Shown: piece after piece, positions 8,618 to 18,346 of the stretch
How the letters are laid out: every line of letters begins with the position of its first letter
Position numbering within the stretch: the first letter of the stretch is position 1
Origin: Promethearchaeota archaeon
GTDB lineage: Archaea > Asgardarchaeota > Lokiarchaeia > Sigyniarchaeales > SOKP01
DNA: 31,195 nucleotides
Assembly (NCBI GenBank): GCA_048938025.1
Contig: JBHLMP010000046.1
Location: forward strand, 1-31,195
Direction of reading: 5' to 3'
Translations under genes and position numbers: made by a program
The notes under the pieces: generated by a model
The model's database searches: none
What the model was told of the DNA's origin: nothing
Seen by the model: the letters and a program-made list of their open reading frames with translations, nothing else

Positions 8618-9412
8618 CTAACGAAAATAAGAATCTGGGCCTCTATCTTCTCGTCTTCCCTTCATAAAATGATCTGCTTGTTTTTTAAATGAATCTAAGA
8701 TACTCTCCATTTCTTTTATCTTTTCGTTAAGTCTACTAAAATCCATATCTATTGAGAAGTAATCCTTTATTAAAGTTACTAAAGCTTTAGAAGAACGAGG
8801 GTCTAGAGTCATCATTGGTAATGGTAATGTTTCAGCTAACAAGCAAACTCCTGGAGCAAAACCTTTATTACCTGCATATGCAGGTAAGATTCCATTAGCA
8901 CCAGCAATTATTCCACCTTCCATCAATTTAGTATTTTCAAACTTTAAGAATGAATGAACAAGATCTTGATCAGTACCACATATATGTACTTTTGGTTTAT
9001 CCTCAACGATATCAGAGATCATCGCTCCTGTACTCACATACATCTGGATTTTCCCATTAGTAATTCCGTGCATTTCTTCACAAAATCTTTTGGAAAATTC
9101 ATAAACGCCTTGTGGATCCTGAGGCTGATAATTTGCTGTTAAAATAAAAATATCATTACCTTTAGCTTTATCAGTTGATTTATAATATAACTTAGCAGTA
9201 GGAATTTCTAAGTTTCCTTTTTCAACATTAGCTTTAGCAGGAAAGTTGAAATATTCAATACTCAGAAACTCTTTAGCTTTAATTGAATCAACTATAGATG
9301 TAATTGCCAGTTTTCCTACAAGAGCAATACCAGGGAACCCTATTAATACTACTGGGTTATTTAAATCTTCTACTTTTAAATCAAATTTTTTTTCAATATT
9401 TATTATGAACAT
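8618..9412 (-). CDS. PAC2-family proteasome assembly chaperone
   Basis: NPVVLIGFPGIALVGKLA, IAGANGIL, CLLAET and DPRSSKALV are archaeal PAC2 motifs; the C-terminus is SYFR. Confidence 0.9.
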   Translation of the reverse strand: MFIINIEKKFDLKVEDLNNPVVLIGFPGIALVGKLAITSIVDSIKAKEFLSIEYFNFPAKANVEKGNLEIPTAKLYYKSTDKAKGNDIFILTANYQPQDPQGVYEFSKRFCEEMHGITNGKIQMYVSTGAMISDIVEDKPKVHICGTDQDLVHSFLKFENTKLMEGGIIAGANGILPAYAGNKGFAPGVCLLAETLPLPMMTLDPRSSKALVTLIKDYFSIDMDFSRLNEKIKEMESILDSFKKQADHFMKGRREDRGPDSYFR

Positions 9413-9528
9413 ACAAATTTCTTTAAGTTATAATTATAATACGAAGAAAAAAGAGAAATTGTAAAAATATCTCACTTTGCTTCAATATTAGGATTCTTAT
9501 TTATTATAGTTCAATAAATCACAAATCA

Positions 9529-10614
9529 TTATTCATTAATAAATGAAATGTCTTCTCCACACTTTGGACAAAATTTTTTGGGACTTTTTATATGATGCCC
9601 ACAAAATGGACAATAGAACCCCTCTTTTAATGGTATTCCATATGAGGGCACTTCTTCATAAGATTCAGGTGTGTAAGGTTCTTGATAACCGATACTTATT
9701 GGATAAGCTTCTCTCCTATAATCATATCCCAAGTCTTTTTTTGCTTTTGTAGTAGCAAATAATGAGGTTAATAAGCAAATAAATAACGGAGCAAATAGAA
9801 TATCAACAATACTATAGAGAATTTGATAAAGAATTATCATTCCAAAGTTCCTAGTTGCAGGATCATACCAAGAGTTATACATATCTGAAAAGGTTGTTGA
9901 ATCAACATTAATTTCAATGATAGAATCGATAATTGTAGTATATATCATATTTATAGTTGCTAAAATCAAGAAATTAATTACAAAAACTCCAATTAATTTC
10001 CAAAATGCGCCTTTAGCAAAAAACCGTGCCCTTGAAGTTGGCTTATCAATATCTTTCATATTGTAAGTAAATATTAAAAAAATAAAGAAACCATATATGA
10101 TAACGGCAGGAATAAAAAATAAAAAAGTTCCAATTGGAATGAATATTCCTATTATAAGAATAACTAATAACATTTTTGCATTAAATGAACTCTTGAAAGA
10201 AGACATAAAATCGGCTTCTCCTTGTACATATTTTTTATAAAGAAATGTACTAACAGAACACATAGCAATTGTTGTAATTATCCCTCCAACTCCCATTCCA
10301 GCAATTAAATTATTTAGAAATATCAAAGCAAAGTACATTAGTAGATATTTTAGTAAAAGATTCCAATCAGATTCAGTTAGATCAGATTCTCCTAAATTCT
10401 CCATTATTTGAGTAACAGATACGTCTAATTCATTAACACGCCACTCAAGATCAGTCAATAAAAAAACTTGTAGGATAATGGAAATAATCGAAAACATCAT
10501 AAGAGGTAAAATTATATATCCATAACTGTTACTGAACAATTTAAAACCCTCTCTAAGAATATCGCCAAACCGTTTATTAGCTATAATTGCTAACCTTTGC
10601 TGATCCACTTCCAT
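9529..10614 (-). CDS. Multi-pass membrane protein with C-terminal zinc ribbon
   Basis: About 6 TM segments, N-terminal RxFGDILxxGF, a Tyr/Pro-rich linker, and CPFCG-x8-FCPKCG. Confidence 0.8.
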   Translation of the reverse strand: MEVDQQRLAIIANKRFGDILREGFKLFSNSYGYIILPLMMFSIISIILQVFLLTDLEWRVNELDVSVTQIMENLGESDLTESDWNLLLKYLLMYFALIFLNNLIAGMGVGGIITTIAMCSVSTFLYKKYVQGEADFMSSFKSSFNAKMLLVILIIGIFIPIGTFLFFIPAVIIYGFFIFLIFTYNMKDIDKPTSRARFFAKGAFWKLIGVFVINFLILATINMIYTTIIDSIIEINVDSTTFSDMYNSWYDPATRNFGMIILYQILYSIVDILFAPLFICLLTSLFATTKAKKDLGYDYRREAYPISIGYQEPYTPESYEEVPSYGIPLKEGFYCPFCGHHIKSPKKFCPKCGEDISFINE

Positions 10615-10755
10615 ACTTAACTTAAGAACTCTTGAATTAAAAAATTATTTATAATTTATTAATAAAAGTTATAATTGTATTATTCAATTATTAAAATTGA
10701 GGTATTGATGTCTATTAAAATATCTTCTTAAAATAATTATTCGATTTAAATTTCG

Positions 10756-12645
10756 ATGTATAGATTAAAGCAACCTTCTCGCCAAATACCGGGAATAATA
10801 TCATATATGGAATTCTTCTCTTCTAAAAGATTAGCTTATTCTATATTCCTTGGTATGCCAATTCTTTTAGGTCTAATCTCAATGATACTCAATAACATAT
10901 TTATTGAAGAAATAGATTTTTTATATTTCATTATTTTTGTAAGTCTTTTTTTATTGATTTCTGGAACTGGGTTTGTTTTTACACTTGTATTTTATTCTAG
11001 AAAAGCTCCTATATTGCGAGCACCACCTAATGGTTGGTCGATTCAAATGAACACCTTCTTTAATACAATTATAGGACTCACTTATCTTTTAGGTCAAATT
11101 TTAGCTATTATTTTAGAGAATGGCACTTTTCGTTACGTTTTTTTTATGTTGGGGACTATTATATCTTATATAATCGCTTTTGTTATCTATTTTTCATTTA
11201 CAACTGTCGGGCGTCCTGGTAATATAATATTAGCACTTTTACAACCTATTTCCGCAATCCTTTTTTATAGTGTTTACACTTTTCAATTATCTTTTGACTT
11301 TTTCATCAGGTCGTTAATCTTTTTTGTATCATGTGCGCTTCTATTTGCTATTCCTTATAGAAGGGGTTTATTTCAAGTAAGCAATGTATATAAAGAAGCA
11401 ACAGGAATGAGTGGTTACCCATTCATCAGAGCTTTCATATTATCTATGATGACAGATGGGAATGATGACTTGCTTGAGAAATATTTCGATAAAGTAGGTG
11501 TAGAATCACATATAAAATTACAATATCTACTCATTAGAAGTGTAAAGACTGAAAGAATTAAAGGATTATTTATTATTCCAGATGTTCATTTTGGCCCCTT
11601 TAAAACATGTGGGTCTTCCGATTTACCTGAACATATCTATAGGGAATTTAAAGATATCCCTGGGACAACAGTTTATCACACTGCTAATGATCATGCTCAA
11701 AACCTTACTTCACAAAAATATGTGGATAAAATAATAGATAGAATAAAGCTAGATATTAATGAAATAAAATTGAATTCAGAATTAGAATGGTTAAAAGAAG
11801 TTAGTGATTTTTCAAGGAAAATTTCCAATAGCGCGAAACTTCTTGGAATAAAAATAGGAGATATTCCATTAATATTTATTACCAGGCACCCTCTCCCTTC
11901 TGATGATATTGAAGCTAATGTTGGAGAGCGAATTAGAGATAACGCAAAAAAATTGGATTATCGTGATATCATTATTATTGATGCTCATAATGCTATTATT
12001 GGAGATGAAATTTTAATCAAGAAAGACTCAATTGAAGCAAATGATTTAATTAATGTCTCGAGAAAATTTTTAAAGAGTAGTATAATAGAAAATATGCAGA
12101 AATCTCTAATGTTTTATGGTGTTGCTAAAGATCCATTGAAGGAATTTACAGAAAAAGAAGGAATTGGGTATGGAGGTATTGTGGTTCATCTATTTAAGAA
12201 TTCAAATACAAATCAAAAAACAGTATTGATCAATTTCGATGCAAACAATGCTTATATAGATATTCGTTCATATCTCTTGAATTTACTTCAAAATAGAGGA
12301 ATAGAGAAAGGAGAAATAACAACTTCTGACAGCCATACTGTTGCAAGGCAACTAACAAGTAGAGGTTATTCACCTATAGGTGATAAAATAAAAATTGATT
12401 ATATTCTAGATAAAATAGATTTCTTACTCCAAGAAGCAGAAAATAATTTAGAACCAGTTGAGTTTTATTATAATGATTCAATTGAACATCACATTAAGAT
12501 TTGGGGAGATTCCAATTATTTTAATGCTATTATGGATACTCTAAAGGAATGTATTAAAGTATCTCAAAATCTTTTAACATTTAGCCTCATTGTTCCCACA
12601 TTTTTTTCACTTGTATTATTATTGTTTTTTAATATAATATTATGA
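10756..12645 (+). CDS. DUF2070 family membrane protein (predicted lipid hydrolase, neutral-ceramidase-like)
   Basis: N-terminal TM block followed by PDVHFGPF, HxxxxH, IDAHN, FDANN and TSDSH, with a C-terminal TM. Confidence 0.88.
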   Translation: MYRLKQPSRQIPGIISYMEFFSSKRLAYSIFLGMPILLGLISMILNNIFIEEIDFLYFIIFVSLFLLISGTGFVFTLVFYSRKAPILRAPPNGWSIQMNTFFNTIIGLTYLLGQILAIILENGTFRYVFFMLGTIISYIIAFVIYFSFTTVGRPGNIILALLQPISAILFYSVYTFQLSFDFFIRSLIFFVSCALLFAIPYRRGLFQVSNVYKEATGMSGYPFIRAFILSMMTDGNDDLLEKYFDKVGVESHIKLQYLLIRSVKTERIKGLFIIPDVHFGPFKTCGSSDLPEHIYREFKDIPGTTVYHTANDHAQNLTSQKYVDKIIDRIKLDINEIKLNSELEWLKEVSDFSRKISNSAKLLGIKIGDIPLIFITRHPLPSDDIEANVGERIRDNAKKLDYRDIIIIDAHNAIIGDEILIKKDSIEANDLINVSRKFLKSSIIENMQKSLMFYGVAKDPLKEFTEKEGIGYGGIVVHLFKNSNTNQKTVLINFDANNAYIDIRSYLLNLLQNRGIEKGEITTSDSHTVARQLTSRGYSPIGDKIKIDYILDKIDFLLQEAENNLEPVEFYYNDSIEHHIKIWGDSNYFNAIMDTLKECIKVSQNLLTFSLIVPTFFSLVLLLFFNIIL

Positions 12646-12742
12646 TAAATTAATAACAAGTCAGTCGATTTAGTTTCAACATTTATATAATTTATCTACA
12701 TATTCTTTATTTATACATAATTATTCTTAACAAGGAATAGTA

Positions 12743-13465
12743 ATGGCGTTAGAAGCTCTAGATATTGTCAATGGAATTTTTAGTCTTATTTTTGTTGCAA
12801 TCTCATTATTAGTTGGTTTTATTATCCTTTCGAAATATTTTCAATATAGAGAAAGAATATATTTTTTAGTTGGGTGTACATGGATCCTCATATCTGAACC
12901 TTGGTGGCCAAGTTCTCTATCTTTTCTAATAGCAATAGCTAATGATGTAGGACTTTCATCTCAAATATATTTTTTAATTGGTAACCTATTTGTCCCTGTT
13001 GCTATAGTAATTTGGTTGATTGCTTTTACAGAATTTTTATATAAAGAAAAGCGTAAACTTATTCTAATGATATTTGGAATTTATGGAATACTATTCGAAA
13101 TTATTTTTTTCATCCTTCTATTTTTAAATCCTGAATTAATTGGAGAATTAAATCCTCCTGTAGATGTAAATTATAAATTCTTTATTATGGCATCTTTAAT
13201 CTCTTTTTTATTAATTGTTGTGATTAGTGGTTTCTTATTTGCCAATCTATCTCTAAAATCTGATGACCCTGAGGTTAAATTAAAGGGGAAATTACTTGTT
13301 GTGGCTTATATATCGTTTTCTATTGGAGCTTTGTTAGATTCATCAATTCCTTTAAACGAAATTACAATCATTATAACAAGAATAATTTTAATATCAAGTG
13401 CTATTGAATGGTATGGCGGATTTCTCTTACCTAATTGGATGAAAAAAATATTGAAGAAAAAATAG
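12743..13465 (+). CDS. Stand-alone 7-TM membrane protein
   Basis: 240 aa with seven hydrophobic segments counted by eye, a basic C-tail and no soluble output domain. Confidence 0.75.
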   Translation: MALEALDIVNGIFSLIFVAISLLVGFIILSKYFQYRERIYFLVGCTWILISEPWWPSSLSFLIAIANDVGLSSQIYFLIGNLFVPVAIVIWLIAFTEFLYKEKRKLILMIFGIYGILFEIIFFILLFLNPELIGELNPPVDVNYKFFIMASLISFLLIVVISGFLFANLSLKSDDPEVKLKGKLLVVAYISFSIGALLDSSIPLNEITIIITRIILISSAIEWYGGFLLPNWMKKILKKK

Positions 13466-13526
13466 AATCCTATATACTTTTCTTATTTTATTTTTTCAGA
13501 TTGGTCTGATATGATATTAGCATAAT

Positions 13527-13542
13527 ATATCGATATTATCGA
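13527..13542. promoter_or_regulatory. Overlapping palindromes upstream of the GTPase operon
   Basis: ATATCGATAT (13527-13536) and TCGATA-T-TATCGA (13530-13542), about 60-75 nt before the ATG at 13603. Confidence 0.4.
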
Positions 13543-13602
13543 GATTCATATTCTAAGTTTCTTCATTTTTTCTTAATAAATAAATCTATAAAAGAAATAT
13601 AA

Positions 13603-14130
13603 ATGTTAAGTTCTGAAATAGATAAATTAGTGAAGATAACATTAGTCGGAGCACCAGCCGTTGGGAAGACAACAATGTTAAGACTGTTAGCGAAAGAAAC
13701 TATTGATAAATTATACCTCCCCACTCATGGATTAGATCTTAAGACTGTTAAATTTGAAGATTATTACCTAAGGGTATGGGATCTCGCAGGACAGAACTCT
13801 TATCTGCGAACCTATTCAAAAGATTACCTTTTAGGCTCCGACATCATTTTTATTGTAACTGATTCAAGTCCTCGAAATGTATTAAACTCAAGAGAATTAA
13901 TTAATTATGCGTGTCACTTCGTAGGTAAAGAATGCCCAATTATCGCAATTGCGAACAAACAAGATTTAGTAAAAACTGATGGTCGAATGGATGTTAAAAG
14001 GGTTGAAGATATACTTCATGTAAAAACATATGGACTTACAGCTATAAATCCTTCAGAACGCATAAGATTAATGAATATTATTAAAAAAGAATTAGATCAA
14101 ATTGTAATAAGAAGGGGGTTAAAAGAATGA
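13603..14130 (+). CDS. Small GTPase, Arf/Rag-like (Ras superfamily)
   Basis: G1 GAPAVGKT, G2 PTHG, G3 WDLAGQ, G4 NKQD, G5 TA. Confidence 0.92.
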   Translation: MLSSEIDKLVKITLVGAPAVGKTTMLRLLAKETIDKLYLPTHGLDLKTVKFEDYYLRVWDLAGQNSYLRTYSKDYLLGSDIIFIVTDSSPRNVLNSRELINYACHFVGKECPIIAIANKQDLVKTDGRMDVKRVEDILHVKTYGLTAINPSERIRLMNIIKKELDQIVIRRGLKE

Positions 14131-14690
14131 ATTTTAGTGAAAATGAACTTTTTGGGGTAGCATTAATCGGATTTGATATGATTGATGGACCATTTCTCAA
14201 ATGGAAAAAGGAATACAATTCTGACAATAATCTAGTGAAATTAGATGATTTTGCTATGAATTTTTATTTAGCATTTCGAGGTGGAAATCGAGGTAAAGAT
14301 AAGAAAACTCCAAGGGCAATATTATATGACAATTTCTATATAGTTGCTTTCCCTAAAGATTTAGAACTATGCTGTCTATTCATGAAACCTAAAGGAATTG
14401 ATAATAATATAAAGCAATTAAATAAGATTGCTACAAGGATTATCAGCGAAATGGAATTAAATGAAGAAGAGGATTCTCAATCTGAAAATTCCGATGAAGA
14501 TACTATAGAAGAAATTAAAAGATTAATTTCAAATCTACTAAATGGAACAGAAATGTCAACCCCAGAATTAAGAAGATATTTCAAGTTAAGTAATTCTCAG
14601 ATTTGGAAAGTAATGTCGGATTTAGAGAATTCTAAAAAAATCAAGCGAACACGAAAAAAAGGAAGAACCATCTTATGGACTGCTATTTAG
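14127..14690 (+). CDS. Longin/uDENN-like domain fused to a C-terminal winged helix-turn-helix
   Basis: N-terminal VALIGFDMIDGP (hhhxFDxxxGP hairpin typical of longin/uDENN), an acidic linker, then MSTPELRRYFKLSNSQIWKVMSDLENSKKIKRTRKKGRTILW (wHTH pattern). ATGA overlap with the GTPase stop. Confidence 0.7.
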   Translation: MNFSENELFGVALIGFDMIDGPFLKWKKEYNSDNNLVKLDDFAMNFYLAFRGGNRGKDKKTPRAILYDNFYIVAFPKDLELCCLFMKPKGIDNNIKQLNKIATRIISEMELNEEEDSQSENSDEDTIEEIKRLISNLLNGTEMSTPELRRYFKLSNSQIWKVMSDLENSKKIKRTRKKGRTILWTAI

Positions 14691-14697
14691 TAATTCC

Positions 14698-14714
14698 TTT
14701 TTTTTAGCTTTTTT
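14698..14714 (+). terminator. Oligo-T terminator
   Basis: T8 (14698-14705) and T6 (14709-14714) directly after the stop at 14690, between convergent genes. Confidence 0.5.
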
Positions 14715-14721
14715 ATTTATA

Positions 14722-15528
14722 TTATCTTGTCCTGTGTTGCCAATTTTTTAATTTGGTATAGTATCTTGAAAACATGATATGGCAGATATCAGGTAAATCT
14801 TTATCTAAGTTATTTACAGTAATATATCTTAGTATATGGTTAATAGTAAAAATCCCTAAAAATTCAATATGATAACTACTGATTTTCTCTAAATTATCAC
14901 CTGAATAAGAGATATCCAATCCTTTTTGATCATTGTACTTAATTTCAGTTAAAATTTTTGGAAACACTTCTCTTTTAATTCTCCAACCTTCAGACGTTTT
15001 CCAGATTTTTGCTCCAAGAAAAGATTCCAATTTGTCTTTATCTACTTCCTTCAGCAATTTGAAAGGTTCGCTTCTTTGTATCAGGACTTTTTCCATCATT
15101 TCAGTCTTTTTACTATACGTCTTTTCGAATGGTGTTTTACCCTTAATTTGTCTTTCTATAAAATCCATTACAATATCAATATAAGTAGCACTATCTTCTC
15201 CAGGAACCCACGTAGCATGTTCCCCTGAAAAATAAAACTTAAATCCTGCTTCAATTTCATCACCAAATTCATTACCAAAATAGGAGTAAGCCATATGTAT
15301 ATTCACTTCAGGAAACATTTGAACTGTTATGGTCCAATCTTCACTCAAACCGATATTTTCAATTTGCCCTCCCAAATCTTCATGGATAATTCTTTCTAAT
15401 CTATCATTATCTAAATCTATAAATAAATGATATTTTGCTTTACTAATCTCTGTCAATTCTTTTTCATGTGGTCCTCTTACACCTGTAGCATCAATTTGGC
15501 CTACTGTCCAATATTTTCGTTTTGACAT
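14722..15528 (-). CDS. Hypothetical protein, DUF3786-like, internally duplicated
   Basis: LGGQI...DWTITVQMFPEVNIHMAY...DEIEAGFKFYF resembles DUF3786. A second copy reads LGAKI...GWRIKREVFPKILTEIKY. Confidence 0.6.
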   Translation of the reverse strand: MSKRKYWTVGQIDATGVRGPHEKELTEISKAKYHLFIDLDNDRLERIIHEDLGGQIENIGLSEDWTITVQMFPEVNIHMAYSYFGNEFGDEIEAGFKFYFSGEHATWVPGEDSATYIDIVMDFIERQIKGKTPFEKTYSKKTEMMEKVLIQRSEPFKLLKEVDKDKLESFLGAKIWKTSEGWRIKREVFPKILTEIKYNDQKGLDISYSGDNLEKISSYHIEFLGIFTINHILRYITVNNLDKDLPDICHIMFSRYYTKLKNWQHRTR

Positions 15529-15711
15529 ACTGAATTAAATTATTATTTTTTTTTGAATTTTGCGATAAAGAAACCTTATATATCTTGCTGAGCTGGAAAT
15601 AACCTAGCAGTTCTAAAATAAATTTATCCAAAAGACTTAAATGTTATCTAAATAACTTTCTTTGATTTTATACAGCCTCTTCTTATTTATCCTCAATTAA
15701 ATAAAAATAAG

Positions 15712-16959
15712 TTACTCCATAAATTGCTTTATAACACGTTCTAATTCCTTTTCCTTAATGAATTTCTTTTCAGTGATTATGGAGTGAACTTTTTTCATAA
15801 TCAGAGGTAATAATTTCTCACAATTTTTAATTCTCATTTGCTCACATTTCATTTTGACAGCATCTCCATGTAAGGTTGTAGGACCAAAAATGATATTCTC
15901 TTCTTGACCCACTATTTCGGGTCTATAAGGCGTAAAACACATCCAATACTTATCCTTCTCTAAAGCACTCATTACATGCAACTCACTTTCATGTAAGAAA
16001 GTATTTCTCCCTACTATTGGCTTATTATATGGCAATGGTACACCTGATACCTTTTCTATAAACTTACAGAAATCATAAAGCTTAGATATTTCGATTCCCG
16101 TATCAACTCCATAGAGCATTTCTAAAGCTACAACAACTTCTTCAAAAGAAGTGTTTCCTGCACGATCTCCTAGTTTATTTGCTACTAAATCCATATAAAC
16201 TGCTCCCTGCTCAATTGCTGCAATTGTAGAAGCCGTACCTAACCCAAAATCATCATGGACATGTATTCCAATAGGGATATCTTTTACTAAAGGCTTAATT
16301 TCCTTAATCAAATAAGAAATAGCCGGAATATTACAAGCACCAACTGTATCATATAACATTACCATATTTGCACCAAACTTTACACCTTTTTCGATTGCCC
16401 TCTTTAAAATATTAATATCCGAACGTGTAGCATCCACACAATCTAATATTGCCTTGCCTCCTAATCGCTTTATTCTCTTTAAAATAGATGGAATTAGACT
16501 AATCATAACATCAGGAGAGATATTTTCATCACCTGTAAACAATTGAAGTTGCCACTTAGTTAAAACAATTCCAAATCCAATATAATCTAATTTGGCTTCT
16601 AATGATTTCTTGATTTCATCAGTCCAACGCGAGGGATTTGAGCTTAAATGAGAATATGTTCTTAATTTTAACCCTAATTCTTTAATTTGATTAGCAAGAT
16701 CCCATTGATCCTGAACTTGACCAATGTAGCCACAATCAATATGCTCTACACCTAGTTCTTCTAATTTTTCCACAATTTTAATTTTCTGATCTAGTGTATA
16801 GTACACACCTGGAGTTTCTTCTCCTTCTCTAATGGTAGAATCTCGAACATAAACTCTTTTTGGGAGATTAACTAGTTTTCTTACCTCATCAGAGTAATTT
16901 AAAGGTGATAACCACCATTTTTCATTAAACCACTTTGTTTTTTCTTCCATAACTTCCAC
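15712..16959 (-). CDS. DRE-TIM metallolyase (homocitrate/isopropylmalate/citramalate synthase family), no C-terminal regulatory domain
   Basis: DSTIREGEETPG, YDTVG, HVHDDFGLG, LGDRAGNTSFEE and PIVGRNTFLHESELH. The true start may be the ATG at 16950. Confidence 0.9.
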   Translation of the reverse strand: MEVMEEKTKWFNEKWWLSPLNYSDEVRKLVNLPKRVYVRDSTIREGEETPGVYYTLDQKIKIVEKLEELGVEHIDCGYIGQVQDQWDLANQIKELGLKLRTYSHLSSNPSRWTDEIKKSLEAKLDYIGFGIVLTKWQLQLFTGDENISPDVMISLIPSILKRIKRLGGKAILDCVDATRSDINILKRAIEKGVKFGANMVMLYDTVGACNIPAISYLIKEIKPLVKDIPIGIHVHDDFGLGTASTIAAIEQGAVYMDLVANKLGDRAGNTSFEEVVVALEMLYGVDTGIEISKLYDFCKFIEKVSGVPLPYNKPIVGRNTFLHESELHVMSALEKDKYWMCFTPYRPEIVGQEENIIFGPTTLHGDAVKMKCEQMRIKNCEKLLPLIMKKVHSIITEKKFIKEKELERVIKQFME

Positions 16960-17001
16960 ATCTATTAGGATTAATTTTTATCTTATTTTATAGACTTTAA
17001 T

Positions 17002-18213
17002 CTAGCCTATAATCTCTTTTGCTATATCTTCAAGTTCTTTTTCAGAAATGAAATTTTTAGTTTGAAGGCTTTCCTTAATTTTAGCACGTATGATATCTAT
17101 ATGGTTATTGGTTGGATGTAGGTCCATTTTTTCCAATTTTGCTTTTATTGCCCTATCTTGAAGGGTAGTTGCTCCAAATATCAGCCTTCGTGTCTGTCCA
17201 ACCACATAAGGTTGAAATAATTCCCAAGTAACCCAATTACCGAGTAAAATCTGCTCAACGTGTAAATCAGATTCATGTATAAAACAATTTTTTCCTACAA
17301 TAGCTTTATGAGATTGCAAAGGGGTTTTGCTATATTTTTCGATAAGTTGAGAAACCTCCATAATTTTTCCTAATTTTAAATTTAGATTAAATCCATATAA
17401 AATCTCAAGAGCCATTATAACTTCTTCAGTTGCCGCATTTCCTGCTCTATCTCCCAAACCATTAAATACCACATCAACAACTTCAGCTCCTCCTTCTACT
17501 CCTGCAAGGGTAGTTGCCACGGCTAATCCAAGATCATTATGCGTATGGACTTCTATGGGTATATCTTTGACAATATTTTTAGTAAAAATGACTGTTTCTT
17601 TAAATGCTAATGGTAATGCGCATCCGTTTCCATCATAAACCACCACCCGATCTACTCCAGCATCAACAGCAAGTTGTAAAAATTTTTCCCAAAATCGTGG
17701 AATAACACGACCAGAACCAAAAGCTACATATGCTCCCTGAGATTTTGCATATTCTATACCTTCGGTTATTCTTTCAAACACTTCTTTCTTAGTTTTTAAG
17801 GTGGGACTGGGGACAAGTAAGAAATTAATAGAATCTGCTTCTGAAGCCAAGATATCATCGACTTCTTTTTTTACATCTTCCACATACATTCTCGCGTGCG
17901 ATGATAATTTCATTTTTATGCCTTCTTTTTTGAGAACTTTAAAAGTGTCGGCATGTTCTTTAATTCCTGCGGCATACCCTACTTCAATTTCCTTTATTCC
18001 CATTTCTTCCAATAATTTAGCAATTTCAACCTTTTGGTCAATTGTAAAGTAGGTTCCTGGTGTCTCTTCACCCTCTCTTAATGTGTCATCTTTAACAATT
18101 ATTTTTTCTGGCAATTTCATCTGAGTTCTTACTGATTCTGCAAAATTCCATTCATAACTCCACCAACGTTGTTCTTTATCCATTCTCATTGATGCCCAAG
18201 CATTTAACCACAT
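17002..18213 (-). CDS. DRE-TIM metallolyase paralog (homocitrate synthase-like), no C-terminal regulatory domain
   Basis: DDTLREGEETPG, HTHNDLGLA, GLGDRAGNAATEE and AIVGKNCFIHESDLH, with a GGGGTGA RBS. Confidence 0.9.
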   Translation of the reverse strand: MWLNAWASMRMDKEQRWWSYEWNFAESVRTQMKLPEKIIVKDDTLREGEETPGTYFTIDQKVEIAKLLEEMGIKEIEVGYAAGIKEHADTFKVLKKEGIKMKLSSHARMYVEDVKKEVDDILASEADSINFLLVPSPTLKTKKEVFERITEGIEYAKSQGAYVAFGSGRVIPRFWEKFLQLAVDAGVDRVVVYDGNGCALPLAFKETVIFTKNIVKDIPIEVHTHNDLGLAVATTLAGVEGGAEVVDVVFNGLGDRAGNAATEEVIMALEILYGFNLNLKLGKIMEVSQLIEKYSKTPLQSHKAIVGKNCFIHESDLHVEQILLGNWVTWELFQPYVVGQTRRLIFGATTLQDRAIKAKLEKMDLHPTNNHIDIIRAKIKESLQTKNFISEKELEDIAKEIIG

Positions 18214-18346
18214 AACTTCACCCCTTAAATTTTTTACTAAGATTAGTTCAATTAGTAAATTTGTTTTATCATATAAACTATAAATGCTTTTGAAGTATAA
18301 AAATTAAATCTTAGAAATATTAAATATATTAAATCTAACTTAATAT

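Noticed and set aside
12743-13465. Rhodopsin (including schizorhodopsin) call for the 7TM protein
   Set aside because: There is no retinal-binding Lys in TM7 (TRIILISSAIEWYGGF) and no RYxDW-type TM3 motif.
15586-15609. Weak hairpin TGCTGAG...CTAGCA as a possible SECIS or ncRNA
   Set aside because: Short and imperfect, with no AUGA/GA core and no neighbouring ORF that needs an in-frame TGA read through.
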